DNA of 64,000 nt, taken from NCBI RefSeq assembly GCF_009914755.1, contig NC_060940.1. The stretch is one strand, 5' to 3'. Shown piece by piece: positions 27,621 to 47,560 of this stretch (the stretch's first letter is position 1; each line of letters starts with the position of its first letter). Source of the DNA: the human T2T-CHM13v2.0 reference genome, Homo sapiens. A program made the translations under genes and the position numbers. The notes beneath the pieces are model-generated. The model was not told the origin of the DNA, searched no databases, and was given only the letters and a program-made list of their open reading frames with translations.

Positions 27621-30110
27621 ACACACATCACAAAGTTGTTTCTCAGAATGCTTCTGTTTAGTTTTTATGAGAGGATATTTCCTTATACTCAGGAAGCTGT
27701 AATGTGCTCCAAGGTTCCCTCTGCAGAATCTATTAAAAGACAATATCCAAACTACTCAGTCAAAAGAAAGTTTCAACCCTGTTAGATGAATGCACACATC
27801 ACAAAGAAGTTTCTCAGAATGCTTCTGTCTGGTTATTATGTGAAGATACTTCCTTTTCCACAATAGGCCTCAAGAGCTCCAAATATCCACTTGCAGATTC
27901 CACAAAAAGAGTGTTTCAAAACTGCTCAATCAAAAGAACGGTTCAGCTCTGTCAGATGAATGCACACATCACAAAGAAGTTTCTCAGAATGCTTCTGTCT
28001 AATTTTTATGTGAAGATATTTCCTTTTCCACAATAGGCCACAAAGTGCTCCAAATATCCACTTGCAGATTATACAAAAAGAGTGTTTCCAAGCTGCTCAA
28101 AAAAAAGAAAGGTTCAGGTCTGTGAGATGAATGTACACAGCAGAAAGAAATTTATCAGAATTCTTCTGCCTAGTTTTTTTGCGACGATATTTCCTTTTCC
28201 ACTAAAGTCCTCATAGCACTCCGAATGTCCACTTACAGATTCTACAAAAAGTGTGTTTCAAAACACCTCAAACAAAAGAAAAGTTCAACTCTGTGAGTTG
28301 AATGCACACATCACAAAGAAGCTTCTCAGAATGCTTCTGTCTAGTTCTTAAGTGAAGATATTTCCTTTTCCACCATAGGCTTCAAAGCACTCCTTAAGTC
28401 TCATGTCCTCCTGCAGATTCTAGAAAAAGAGAGTTTACAAACTACTCCAATCAAAAGAAAGGTTCAATTCAGTGGGAGGAATGCAAACATCCCAAAGAAT
28501 TTTGTCTGAGTGATTCTGTGTAGTTTTTATGTGAAGATATTTCCTTTTCCACCATAGGCCTTAAAGCACTCCAAATGTCCTCCTGCAGATAGTACAAAAA
28601 GGGTGCTTCAAAACTGCTCAATCAAATGTAAGGTTCAACTCTGTGAGATAAATGAACATAACACAAAGCGTTTTCTCACAATGATTCCGTCTAGTTTTTT
28701 GTGAAGATATTTCCTTTTCCACCATGGGACTCCAGGCTCTCCAAACATACACTTGCAGATTCTACAAAAACAGTGTTTCAAAACTGCTTAATCGAAAGAA
28801 AGGTTCAACTTTGTGAGATGCATGCACACATCACAAAGAAATTTCTCAGAATGATTCTGTCCAGTTTTTATGTGAAAATATTTCCTTTTCCAACATAGGA
28901 AATCCCTCGAAATGTCCAATTGCAGATTCTATAAAAAGAGGGTTTCAAAACACCTCAATCAAAAGAAAGTTTCAATTATGTGAAATGAATGCACACATCA
29001 CAAAGAAGTTTCTCAGAATGCTTCTGTCTAGTCCTTAAGCGAAGATATTTCCTTTTCCACCATAGGCCTCACAGTGCTTCAAATGTCCACTTGCAGATTC
29101 CACAAAAAAAAGTGTTTCAAAGCTGATCAATCAAAAGAAAGGTTCAACTCTGTGACATGAATGCACATATCACAAAGAAGTTTGTCAGAATGCTTCTGTC
29201 TAGTTTTTATTTGAAGATATTGCCTTTTCCACCATAGGCCTCAAAGTACTCCAAATATCCATATTCAGATAGTACAAAAAGGGTGTTTCAAAACTGTTCA
29301 ATCAAATGTAAGGTCCAACTCTGTGAGATGAATGCACATATCACAAAGAAGTTCTTCAGAATTCTTCTGTCTAGTTTTTATGTGAAGATATTTCCTTTTC
29401 AACTAGAGGCCTCAAAGTGCTCCAAATGTCCACTTGCAGATTCTACAAAAAGAGTGTTACAAAACTGCTCAATCAAAAGAAAGTTTCAAGTGCGTGAGAT
29501 GAATGCACACATCACAAAGAATTTTCTCAGAATGATTTTGTCTAGTTTTTATGTGAAGATATTTTCCTTTCCACCATTGGCCTCAAAGCGCTCCAAATGT
29601 ACACTTGTAGATTCTACAAAAAGGGTGTTTGAAAACTGCTCAACGAAAAGAAATGTTCACTCTGTGAGATGAATGCACCCATCAGAAAGAAGTTTTTCAG
29701 AATGTTTCTGTATACTTTTTATGTGAATATATTTCCTTTTCCAACATAGGTCACAAAGCCCTCCAAATGTCGAATTGTAGATTCTACAAAAAGAGTATTT
29801 TAAAACTGCTCAAGCAAAAGAAATGTTCAGCTCTGTGAAATGAATGCACACATCAGAAAGAAGGTCATCAGAATGCTTCTGTCTAGTTTTTATGTGAAGC
29901 TATTTCCTTTTCCCCAATACTCCTCAAAGCGCTCCAAATGTCCACTGGCAGATTCTACAAAAAGAGAGTTTCAAAACTCCTCAATCAAAAGAAAGGTTCA
30001 ACTCTGTGTGATGAATGCACACAGCACATAGTAATTTGTCAGAATGCTTCTGTCTAGTTTTTATGTGAAGACTTTTCCTTTTGCACCATAGGCCTCAAAG
30101 CACTCCAAAT
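27621..30110 (-). repeat. Monomeric alpha satellite (171 bp), reverse orientation
   Basis: aatgcacacatcacaaagaagtttctcagaatgcttctgtctagtttttatgtgaagatatttcc recurring every ~171 bp. Confidence 0.95.
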
Positions 30111-37752
<7,642 letters not shown>

Positions 37753-40700
37753 GAGTTCAACCTTTCTTTGGTTTGAGGAGTATTGAAACACTCTTTTTGT
37801 AGAATCTGCAATTGGATATTTGTAGAGCTTTGAGGCCTATGGTGGAAAAAGGAATATCTTCACATAAAAACTAGACAGAAGCAATCTGAGAAACTTCTTT
37901 GTGATGTGTGCATTCCATTCAAAGAGTTGAACTTTTCTTTTGATTGAGCTGTTTAGAAACAGTCTTTTTGTACTATCTGCAAATGGTTATTTGGGGCGCT
38001 TTGAGGTCTATAGTGGAAAATGAAATATCTTCACATAAAAACTAGACAGAAGCATTTTGAGAAACTTCTTTGTGATGTGTGCATTTATCTCACAGAGTTG
38101 AAAATGTCTTTTGATTTACCAGTTTTGAAACACCCTTTTTAAAGGGTCAGCAAGTGGATATTTGGAGCACTTTGTGGCCAATAGTGGAAAAGGAAATATC
38201 TTTACCTAAAAACTAGACACAACCATTCTGAGAAACTTCTTTGTGATCTATGCATTCATTTCACAGAGTTGAAATTTTCTTTTGCTTGAGTAGTTTTGAA
38301 GCACACTTTTTGTAGAATCTACAAGTGAATACTTGGAGCGATTTGAGACTTACATTGGAAACAGAAATATCTTAATATAAAAACTAGACAGAGGCATTCT
38401 GAGAAGCTGGTTTTAATGTGTACATTCATCTCACAGTGTTGAAATTTTCTTTTGATTGATCAGTATTGAAACACTCTTTTTGTAGAATCTGCAAGTGGAT
38501 ACTTGGAGCGCTTTGAGGCCTATGATGGAAAAGGAAATATCTTCCCATAAAAACTAGGCAAAAGCATTCTGAGAAATTCCCTTGTGATGTGTGCATGCAA
38601 CTGACAGAGTTGAACCATTCTTTTGATTGAACAGTGTGGAGACAGTCTTTTGGTAGTATCTGAAAATGGATATTTGGAACGTTTTCAGTCCTATAGAGTA
38701 AAAGGAAATATCTTCACATAAAAACTAATCAGAATCATTCTGAGAAACTACTTTGTGATGTGTGCATTCATCTCACAGAGTTGAACCTTTCTTTTGATTG
38801 TGCAGTTTTGACACACTCTTTTTGTCGATTCTGCAAGTGGATATTTGGAGCGCTTGTGGCCTATGGTGGAAAAGGAAATATCTTCACATTAAAACTAGAC
38901 AGAAGGATTCTGAGAAACTTCTTTGTGATGTGTGCATTCATCTCACAGAGTTGAATCTTTCTTTTGATTGAGCATTTTAGAAACACTCTTTTTGTAGAAT
39001 TTTAAAGTGCATATTTGCAGCACTTTGAGGCCTAAAGTGGAAAAGAATTATCTTCACATAAAAACTAGATAGAAGTATTCTCAGAAACTACTTTGTGATG
39101 TGTACATTCATTTCACAGAGTTCTACCTTTCTTTTGTTTGAGCAGTTTTGAAACCCTGTTTTTGTGGAATCTGCAAGTGGATATTTGGAGCTTTTTGAGG
39201 CCTGTGGTGGAAAAGGTAATATCTTCACATAAAAACTAGACAGAACCATTCTGACAAACGTCTTTGTAATGTGTGCATTCATCTCACAGAGTTGAACCTT
39301 TCTTTTGATTGAGCAGTTTTGAAACCCTCTTTCTGTGGATTCTGCAAGTGGGTATTTGGGGCGCTATGCAGCCTATGGTGAAAAAGGAAATATCTTCACA
39401 TAAAAACTAGACAGAAGCATTCTGAGAGACTACTTTGTGATGTGTGCATTCATCTCACAGATTTGAACCTTTCTTTTGGTTGAGCAGTTTTGAAACACTC
39501 TTTTTGTAGAATTTGCAACTTGATATTTCTAGCGCTACGCAGCATATGGTGGAAAAGGAAATATCTTCACACAGAAACTAGACAGAAGTATTCTGAGAAA
39601 CTTCTTAGTGATATGTGCATTTAACTCACAAAGATGAACCTTTCTTTTGATGGAGCAGTTTTGAAACACTCTTTTTGTAGAAACTGAAAGTGGATATTTG
39701 GAGCGATTGGTGGCCTATGGTGCAAAAGGAAATATTTTCACATAAAAACTAGACAGAAGCATTCTGAGAAACTTCTTTATGATGTGTGCACTCACCACGC
39801 AGAGTTGAAACTTTCTTTTGATTCAGTAGTTTTGAAACACTCCTTTGTAGAATCTGCAAGTGGATATTTGGAGCACTTTGAGGCCTATGGTGGAAAAGGA
39901 AATATCTTCATATAAAAGCTAAACAGAAGAATTCTGAGAAACTTCATTGTGATGTGTGCATTCATCTCACAGAGTTGAAACTTTCTATTGATTGAGCAGT
40001 TTTCAAACACTTTTTGTAGAATCTGCAAGTGGATATTTGGAGTCCTTAGAGGCCTAATGTCCAAAAGAAATATCTTCACATAAACACCAGACAGAAGCAT
40101 TCTGAGACACAACTTTGTGATGTGTGCATTCATCTCACAGAGATGAACCTTTCTTTTGATTGAAAAGTTTTGAAACACTCTTTTTGTAGGACCTGCAAGT
40201 GGATATTTGGAGTGCTTTTTGGCCTCTAGTGGAAAGGGAAATGTCTACACATAATAACTAGACAGAAGATTTCTGAGAAACTTCTTTGTGATTTGTGCAT
40301 TTATCTCACAGATATAAACGTTTCTTTTGATTGAGCAGTTTTGAAAAACTCTTTTTGTAGAATATGCACGTTGATAATTGAAGCACTGTGAGGTGTACGG
40401 TGGAAAAGGAAATATCTTCACATAAAAACTAGACAGAAGCATTCTGAGAAACATCTTTGTGATGTGTTCATTCATCTCACAGAGTTGAACCTTTCTTTTG
40501 ATTGAGCAGTTTTGAAACATTCTTTTTGTAGAATTTGCAAGAGGATATTTGGAGGGCTTTGAGGCCTATGGTGAAAAAGGAAATATCTTCACATCAAAAT
40601 TAGAGAGAGGCTTTCCGAGAAACCTCTTTGTGATGTGGTCATTTATCTCACAAAGATGAAACTTACTTTTGATTGAGCAATATGGAAACTGTTTGTGGAA

Positions 40701-43700
40701 TCTGCAAAGGGATATTTATGAGTGCTTTGAGGCCAGTTGTGAAAAAGGAAATGTATTCATATAAAAGGTACAAAGAAGGTTGCTTAGAAACAGCTTTGTG
40801 ATGTGTGCATTGATCTCACAGAGGTAAAAGTTTATTTTCTCTGATTAGTCTGGAAACTCTGTTCTTCTACAATCTGCAAAGGGATATTTGTGAGTGCTTT
40901 GAGGCCTATGGTGAAAAAGGAAATATCTTCACATAAAAACTAGACAGAAGCTTTCTTAGTGGCTTCTTTGTGATGTGTGCAATCATCTCACAGAGTTGAA
41001 CCATTGTTTTGATTGAACAGTCTGGAAACAATCTTTTTGTAGAATCTGCAAGGGATATTTGTCAGGACTTTGAGTGCTATGGTGAAAAAGGAAATATCTT
41101 CACATAAAAAATGGACAGAAGATTTCTGAGAAACCTCTTTGTGATGTGTGCATCCATCTCACAGAGTTCAAACATTTGTTTGATTGAGCAGTTGGGAAGC
41201 AGTCTTTTTGCAGAATCTGCAAAGGGATATTGCTGAGCACTTTGAGGCCCATGGTGAAAAAGGATATATCTTCACATAAAAACTATAAAGAAGGTTTCTG
41301 ATAAACTTCTTTGTGATGTATGCATTCATCTCACAGAGTTGAACTATTTTTTTTTGATTGAGCAGTTTAGAAATAATCTTTTTGTAGAATCTGCAAAGGG
41401 ATATTTTTGAGCACTTTGAGTCCTAGGGAGAAAAAAGAAATATCATCACATAAAAAGTATAAAGAAGGTTTCTGAGAAACAGTTTTATGATGTGTGCATA
41501 CATCTAACAGAGTAAAACTTTTGTTTTCTTTGATAAGTCTGGAAATTCTGTTCTTGTAGAATCTGCTAAGGGATATTTGTGAGCAGATGGAGGCCTATGG
41601 TGAAAATGGAAATGTCTTCATATAAAAATTAGATAGAAGCCTCCTCTGAAACTTCTTAGTGATGTGTGCATTTATCTCACAGAGTTGAAACTTTCTTTTC
41701 ATTGAGCCCTTTGGAAACAGTCTTTTTGTAGAACCTGCAAATGGATATTTCGAGCACTTTGAGGCCTATGGTGAAAAAGGAAATATGTTCATATAAAAAC
41801 TAGACTGAAGGCTTCTGAGAAACTTCTTTGAGATGTGTGCATTCATCTCACAAAGTTCAATAATTTTTTTTATTGAGCGGTTTGGAAACAGTCTTTTTGT
41901 AGAACCTCCAAATGGATATTTGGAGCACTTTGAGGCCTATGGTGAAAATGGAAATATATTCACATAAAAACTAGACTGAAGGTTTCTGAGAAACTTCTTT
42001 GAGATGTGTGCATTCATTTCACAAAGTTCAATAATTGTTTTTATTGAGCGGATTGGAAACAGTCTTTTTGTAGAATCTGCAAAGAGATATTTGTGAGGGC
42101 TTTGAGACCTATGGTGAAAAAGGAAATATCTTCACGGAAAAACTATAAAGAAGGTTTCTGAGAAACTTCTCTGTGATGTGTGCATTCATCTCATACAGTT
42201 CAACCTTTCTTTTGATTGAGGAGTTTGGAAACAGTCTTTTTTAATATTCTTCAAGTGAATATACGTGAGCACTTTGAGGCTCATGGTGAAAAAGGAAACA
42301 TTCACATAAAAATTTAATAGAAGCTTTCTGAGAAACTTCTTTTTGATGTGTGCATTCATCTCACAGAGTTGAACCTTTCTTTTGATGAGCAGTGTGGAAA
42401 CAGACTTTTTGTAGAATCTGCAAAGGGACAATTTTGAGTGCTTTGTGTCCAGTGGTGAAAAAGGAAATACCTTCACATGAAAACTAGACAGAATGTTTCT
42501 GAGAAACTGCTTTGTGATATGTGCATTAATCTCCCAGATGTGTCTGTTTTCTGTTTCTTTTCATTGAGAAGATTGGAAACTCTTTTTTAGTAAAATCTGC
42601 AAAGGGATATTTGTGAGCCCTTTGAAGTCTATGGTGAAAAAGGAAACATCTTCACATAAAAACTACACAGAAGCTTTCTGAGAAACATCCTGGCTATGTG
42701 AGCATTCATCTCACAGAGTTGAAACATTTTTTTCATTGAGCAGTGTGTAAAGAGTCTTTTTGTAGAATCTGCAAAGGGATATTTGTGAATGTTTTGAGGC
42801 CTATGGTGAAAAAGGAAATATCTTCACATAAAAACTAGAGAGAAGGTTTCTGAGAAACCTCTTTGTGGTGTGCATATATCTCACAGAGTTGAACCTTTCT
42901 TTTGATTGAGCAATTTGGAAAAAGTATTTTTGTAGAATCTGTAAAGGGATATTTGTGAACACTTTGAGGCCTATGGTGAAAAAGCAAGTATCTTCACATA
43001 AAATCTAGACAGAAGCATTCTGAGAATCTTCTTTGCAATGTGTGCATTCATCACACAGAGTTGAACCTTTGTTTTGATTGAGCAGTTTGGAAACTCTTTT
43101 TGTAGAATCTGCAAATGGATATTTGGAGTGCTTTGAGGCCTATGGTGAAAAAGGAAATATATTTACGTAAAAACTAGACTGGAGGTTTCTGAGAAACTTC
43201 TTTGAGATGTGTGCATTCATCTCACAGTGTTCAATAATTGTTTTTATTGAGAGGTTTGGAAACAGTCTTTTTGTAGAATCTGCAAAAGGATATTTGTGAG
43301 GGCTTTGAGATGAGGCCTATGGTGAAAAAGGAAATATCTTCACAGAAAAACTATAAAGAAAGTTTCTGAGAAACTTATTTGTGATGTGTGCATTCATCTC
43401 ACAGAGTTGAAACATTCTTTGGATTGAGCAGTTTGGAAACAGGCTTTTTGTACAATCTGCAAAGGGATATTTAGGAGTGCATTGAGGCCTATGGTGAAAA
43501 AGGAAATATCTTCACATAAAAACTAGACAGAAACATTCTGAGAAGCTGCTTTAAGATATGTGTAATCATCTCACGGGGTAAAGGTTTCTTTTCATTGAGC
43601 AGTTTGTAAACTCTGTTATTCTAGAATCTACAAAGGGATATTTTTGAGTGCTTTGAGACCCACGTTGAAAAAGGAACTATCTTCACATAAGAACTAGTGA

Positions 43701-44120
43701 GAAGCTTGCTGAGAAACTACTTTCTGATGTGTGCATTCATCTCACAGAGTTGAAACTTTCTTTTGATTGAGCAGTTAGGAAACAGTCTTTTTGTAGATTC
43801 TGCAAAGGTATATTTGGGAGTGCATTGAGGCCTATGTTCAAAAAGGGAATATCTTCACATAAAAACGAGAAGGAAGTTTTCTGAGAAACTTCTTTGTGAT
43901 GTGCACATTCGTCTCACAGGGTTGAACCATTCTGTTTATTGAGCAGTTTGGAAACAGTCTTTTCATAGAATCTGCAAAGGGATATCTGGGAGTGCATTGA
44001 GGCATATGGTGAAAAAGGAAATATCTTCACATAAAAAGTAGAAAGAAATTTTCTGAGTAACTCCTTTGTGACGTGTGCATTCATCACACTCAAGTAAAAC
44101 TTTCTTCCCATTGAGCAGTT
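37753..44120 (+). repeat. Monomeric alpha satellite, forward orientation; monomer type changes at ~40.55 kb
   Basis: 171-bp period; after ~40550 monomers read ggtgaaaaagg / gcaaagggatatttg / cagtttggaaacagtc. Confidence 0.94.
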
Positions 44121-46237
44121 AGTTTTTATGTGAAGATATTTCCGTTTTCACCATAGACCTCAAACCGCCTATATATATCCCTTTTCAGATTCTACAAAAA
44201 GACTGCTTCCAAATGGCTCAAACCAAGCTTCCACTCTGTGAGATGAATGCTCACATCACAGAGAAGTTTCTCAGAAATTTTCCGTCTAGTTTTTATTTGT
44301 TGATACTTCCTTTTTCACCATAGGCCTCAAACCGCTCATAAATAACCCTTTGCAGATTCTACAACAAGACTGTTTCCAAACTAATCAATCAAAAGAAAGT
44401 TTCAACTCTGGGAGGTGAATGCACACATCACAAAGAAGTTTCTCAGAAAGCTTCTGTCTAGTTTTTATTTGAAGATGCTTCCTTTTTCAATATAGGCCTC
44501 AAAGTGCTCACAAACGTCCCTTTACAGATTTTACAAAAAGACTGCTCCCAAACTGCTCAACTGAAACAAAGCTTCAACTCTTTTAGATGAATGCACGCAT
44601 CACAAAGAAGTTTCTCAGAAAGCTTCCGTCCAGTTTTTATGTGAAGATATTTCCTTTTTCACCATAAGTCTCAAAGCATTCAAATTATCACTTTGTAGAT
44701 TCTACAAAAATACATTTTCCAACCTGCTCTATCTAAAGAAAAGTTCAATGCTGTGAGAAGAACACACACATCAAAAGAAGTTTCACAGAATGCTTCTGTC
44801 TAGTTTTTATGTGAAGACATTTCCTTTTTCACCATAGGCCAAAAAGGGATCCCAAATATCCCTTTGTACATTCTACAAAAGGACTGTTTCCAAACTGCTC
44901 AATCCAAAGACAGGTTCAACTCTTTGGGATGAATGCACACATCACAATGAAGTTTCTCAGAAGGCTTCTGTCTAGTTTTTGTGTGAAGATATTTCTTTTT
45001 TCACCATAGGCTTCAAAGGGCTCACAAATATCGCAAAGCAGATTCTACAAAAAGACTCTATCCAAACTGGTCAATGAAAAGAACACTTGAAATCTGTGAG
45101 ATGAATGAGCACATCACAAAGAATTTTCTAAGAAAGCTTCTGTCTGGTTTTTATGTTAAGATATTTCCATTTTCACCATAGACCTGAAACTGCCTACATA
45201 TATCCCTTTGCAGATTCTACAAAATTATTATTTCCAAACTACCTAATCAAAGAAAGCTTTCTACTCTCTGAAGTGAATGCACACATCACAGAGAAGTTTC
45301 TCAGAAAGTTTCTGTCTAGTTCTTATTGGTCGATACTCCCTTGTTCACCATAGGTCTCAAGCTGCTGATAAATAACCCTTTGCAGATTCTACAAAAGGAC
45401 TGTTTCCAAATTGCTCAATCAAACGAAAGTTCAGCTGTGTGAGATGAATGCACACATTACAAAGAAGTTTCTCAGGATGTTTCTGTCTAGTTTTTATGTG
45501 AAGATACTTCTTTTTCACCATAAGCCTCAAAGCATCACAAATTTTCCTTTGCAGATTCTACAAAAAGACTGTTTCCAAGCTGCTCAATCAAAAGAAAGGT
45601 TCAACTCTGTGTGATGAATGCACACATCACAAAGAATTTTCTCAGAAGGGTTCTGTCTAGATTTTATTTGTGGATATTTCCTTTTTCACAATAGGCCTCA
45701 AAAAGCTCACAAATATCCCTTTGCATATTCTACAAAAAGACTGTTTCCAAACTACTCAATGAAAGAAAATTCAACTCTGTAAGATAAATGCACAAATCAC
45801 AAAGTGGTTTCTCAGAATGCTTCTGTCTAATTTTTATATGAAGATATTTCCTTTTTCACCACATGCCTCAAACCGCTCAAAAACATCCTTTTGCAGATTA
45901 TCCAAAAAGATTGTTTCCAAACTGCTCAATCAAAAGAAAGATTCAACTCTTTGAGATGCATACACTCATCACAAAGAAGTTTCCCAGAAAACATGAGTCT
46001 AGTTTTTATATGAAGATATTTCCTTTTTCACCATAAGCCTCAAAGTGTTCACAAATATCACTTTGCAGTTTCTATGAAAAGACTGTTTCCAAACTGCTCA
46101 ATCAAAAGAAAGTTTCAACCCTGTGAGATGAATGTACACATCACAAAGAAGTTTTTCAGAAAGCTGCTGTCTACATTTTATTTTTCGATATTTCCTTTTT
46201 CACCATAGGACTCAAACCACTGAAACATATCGCTTTG
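44121..46237 (-). repeat. Monomeric alpha satellite, reverse orientation
   Basis: Switch at ttgagcagtt|agtttttatgtgaagatatt; 171-bp period. Confidence 0.94.
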
Positions 46238-46960
46238 GTAGGGAGCCAAGATGGCCGAATAGGAACAGCTCCAGTCTACAGCTCCCAGCATGAGTGACAC
46301 AGAAGACGGGTAATTTCTGCATTTCCATCTGAGGTACCAGGTTCATCTCACTAGGGAGTGCCAGACAGTGGGCACAGGTCAGTGGGTGCGTGCACCATGC
46401 ACGAGCCAAAGCAGGGTGAAGCATTGCCTTACTCAGGAAGCACAAGGGGTCAGGGAGTTCCCTTTCCTAGTCAAAGAAAGGGGTAACAGTTGGCACCTGG
46501 AAAATCGGGTCACTCCCACCCAAATACTGCACTTTTCTGACAGGCTTAAAAAACAGCACACCAGGAGATTATATCCCACTCCTGGCTTGGAGGGTCCTAC
46601 GCCCATGGAGTCTCACTGATTGTTAGCACAGCAGTCTGAGCTCAAACTGCAAGTCTGCAGTGAGGCTGGGGGAGGGGTACCTGCCATTGCCCAGGCTTGC
46701 TTAGGTAAACAAAGCAGCCAGGAAGCTCGAACTGGGTGGAGCCCACCATAGTTCAAGGAGGCCTGCTTGTCTCTGTAGGCTCCACCTCTGGGGGCAGGGC
46801 ACAGACAAACAAAAAGACAGCAGTAACCTCTTCAGACTTAAATGTCCCTGTCTGACAGCTTTGAAGAGAGCAGTGGTTCTCCCAGCACGCAGCTGGAGAT
46901 CTGAGAACAGGCAGACTGCCTCCTCAAGTGGGTCCCTGACCCTTGACCCCTGAGCAGCCT
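46238..46960 (+). mobile_element. Isolated L1PA (PA2/PA3-like) 5'UTR, 3'-truncated; contains the internal promoter region with its YY1 site
   Basis: Begins gggagccaagatggccgaataggaacagctcc; ends ccctgacccttgacccctgagcagcct, followed by unrelated sequence. Confidence 0.9.
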
Positions 46961-47560
46961 CCTTTTTCTTCACATGCCTGGTAATTTTCAGCTGGATGGC
47001 AGACAACGTGAAATTTATCTTATTGTGTGTTGGATATTGTTGGGTTCCTATAAATATTATTGAGCTATATTCTAGGATGCAATTAAATTATCTGGAAAGA
47101 TTTTGGTTCTTTGAGGTTTTTCTTTGTGGTCTTGTTAAATAGGACCTTAGCAGCCTCATCCTAGATCTAATCTTCCACACGACTGAGGCAATTCTTTTCT
47201 GAGTGTTCCATCCAGTGGTCCGGGAAGTATAAGATTTGTCCACTGTTGCTGGTGGGAACACCAAATATGCCTGGTTCTGTGGGAGGTTCAAGCATTGGTC
47301 TTTCTGTTTCCTTTAGGTATTTTTTCCCCCAGACTTGTAGTTTACACACATACATGTGCTGAGCAGTATTTAGCTGAGGACTCTGGAGCTTTTTTGTTTT
47401 GTATCTTTGTCCTTTTCATTCCCTGAATACTCTGCCCTGCAGAGTTTATCTGAGCTTCTTTAGTCTCCCTGGACTCCCAGCTTCATCTCCTCAACTCAGA
47501 ACCATCACCAGGCTCAGCCTGGGTTCTCCCTTCTTGAGCTGTGGCCTAGAAACTGTTTGC
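46961..47560 (-). mobile_element. Ancient L1M (L1ME-like) fragment
   Basis: catgcctggtaattttcagctggatggcagacaacgtgaaattt...cctataaatattattgagct...gatgcaattaaattatctggaaa resembles the antisense L1ME 5' consensus as I recall it. Confidence 0.55.

Noticed and set aside
1-27785. Many ORFs, including 673 aa (24340-26361) and 488 aa (26319-27785) IPFHS/MEWNG-repeat proteins
   Set aside because: These are translations of stop-poor pentamer satellite with Alu pieces; there is no gene structure
46613-46687. L1 ORF0 on the minus strand (ATG retained, MAGTPPPASLQTCSLSSDCCANNQ)
   Set aside because: TGA at codon 25 (CGA>TGA) truncates it
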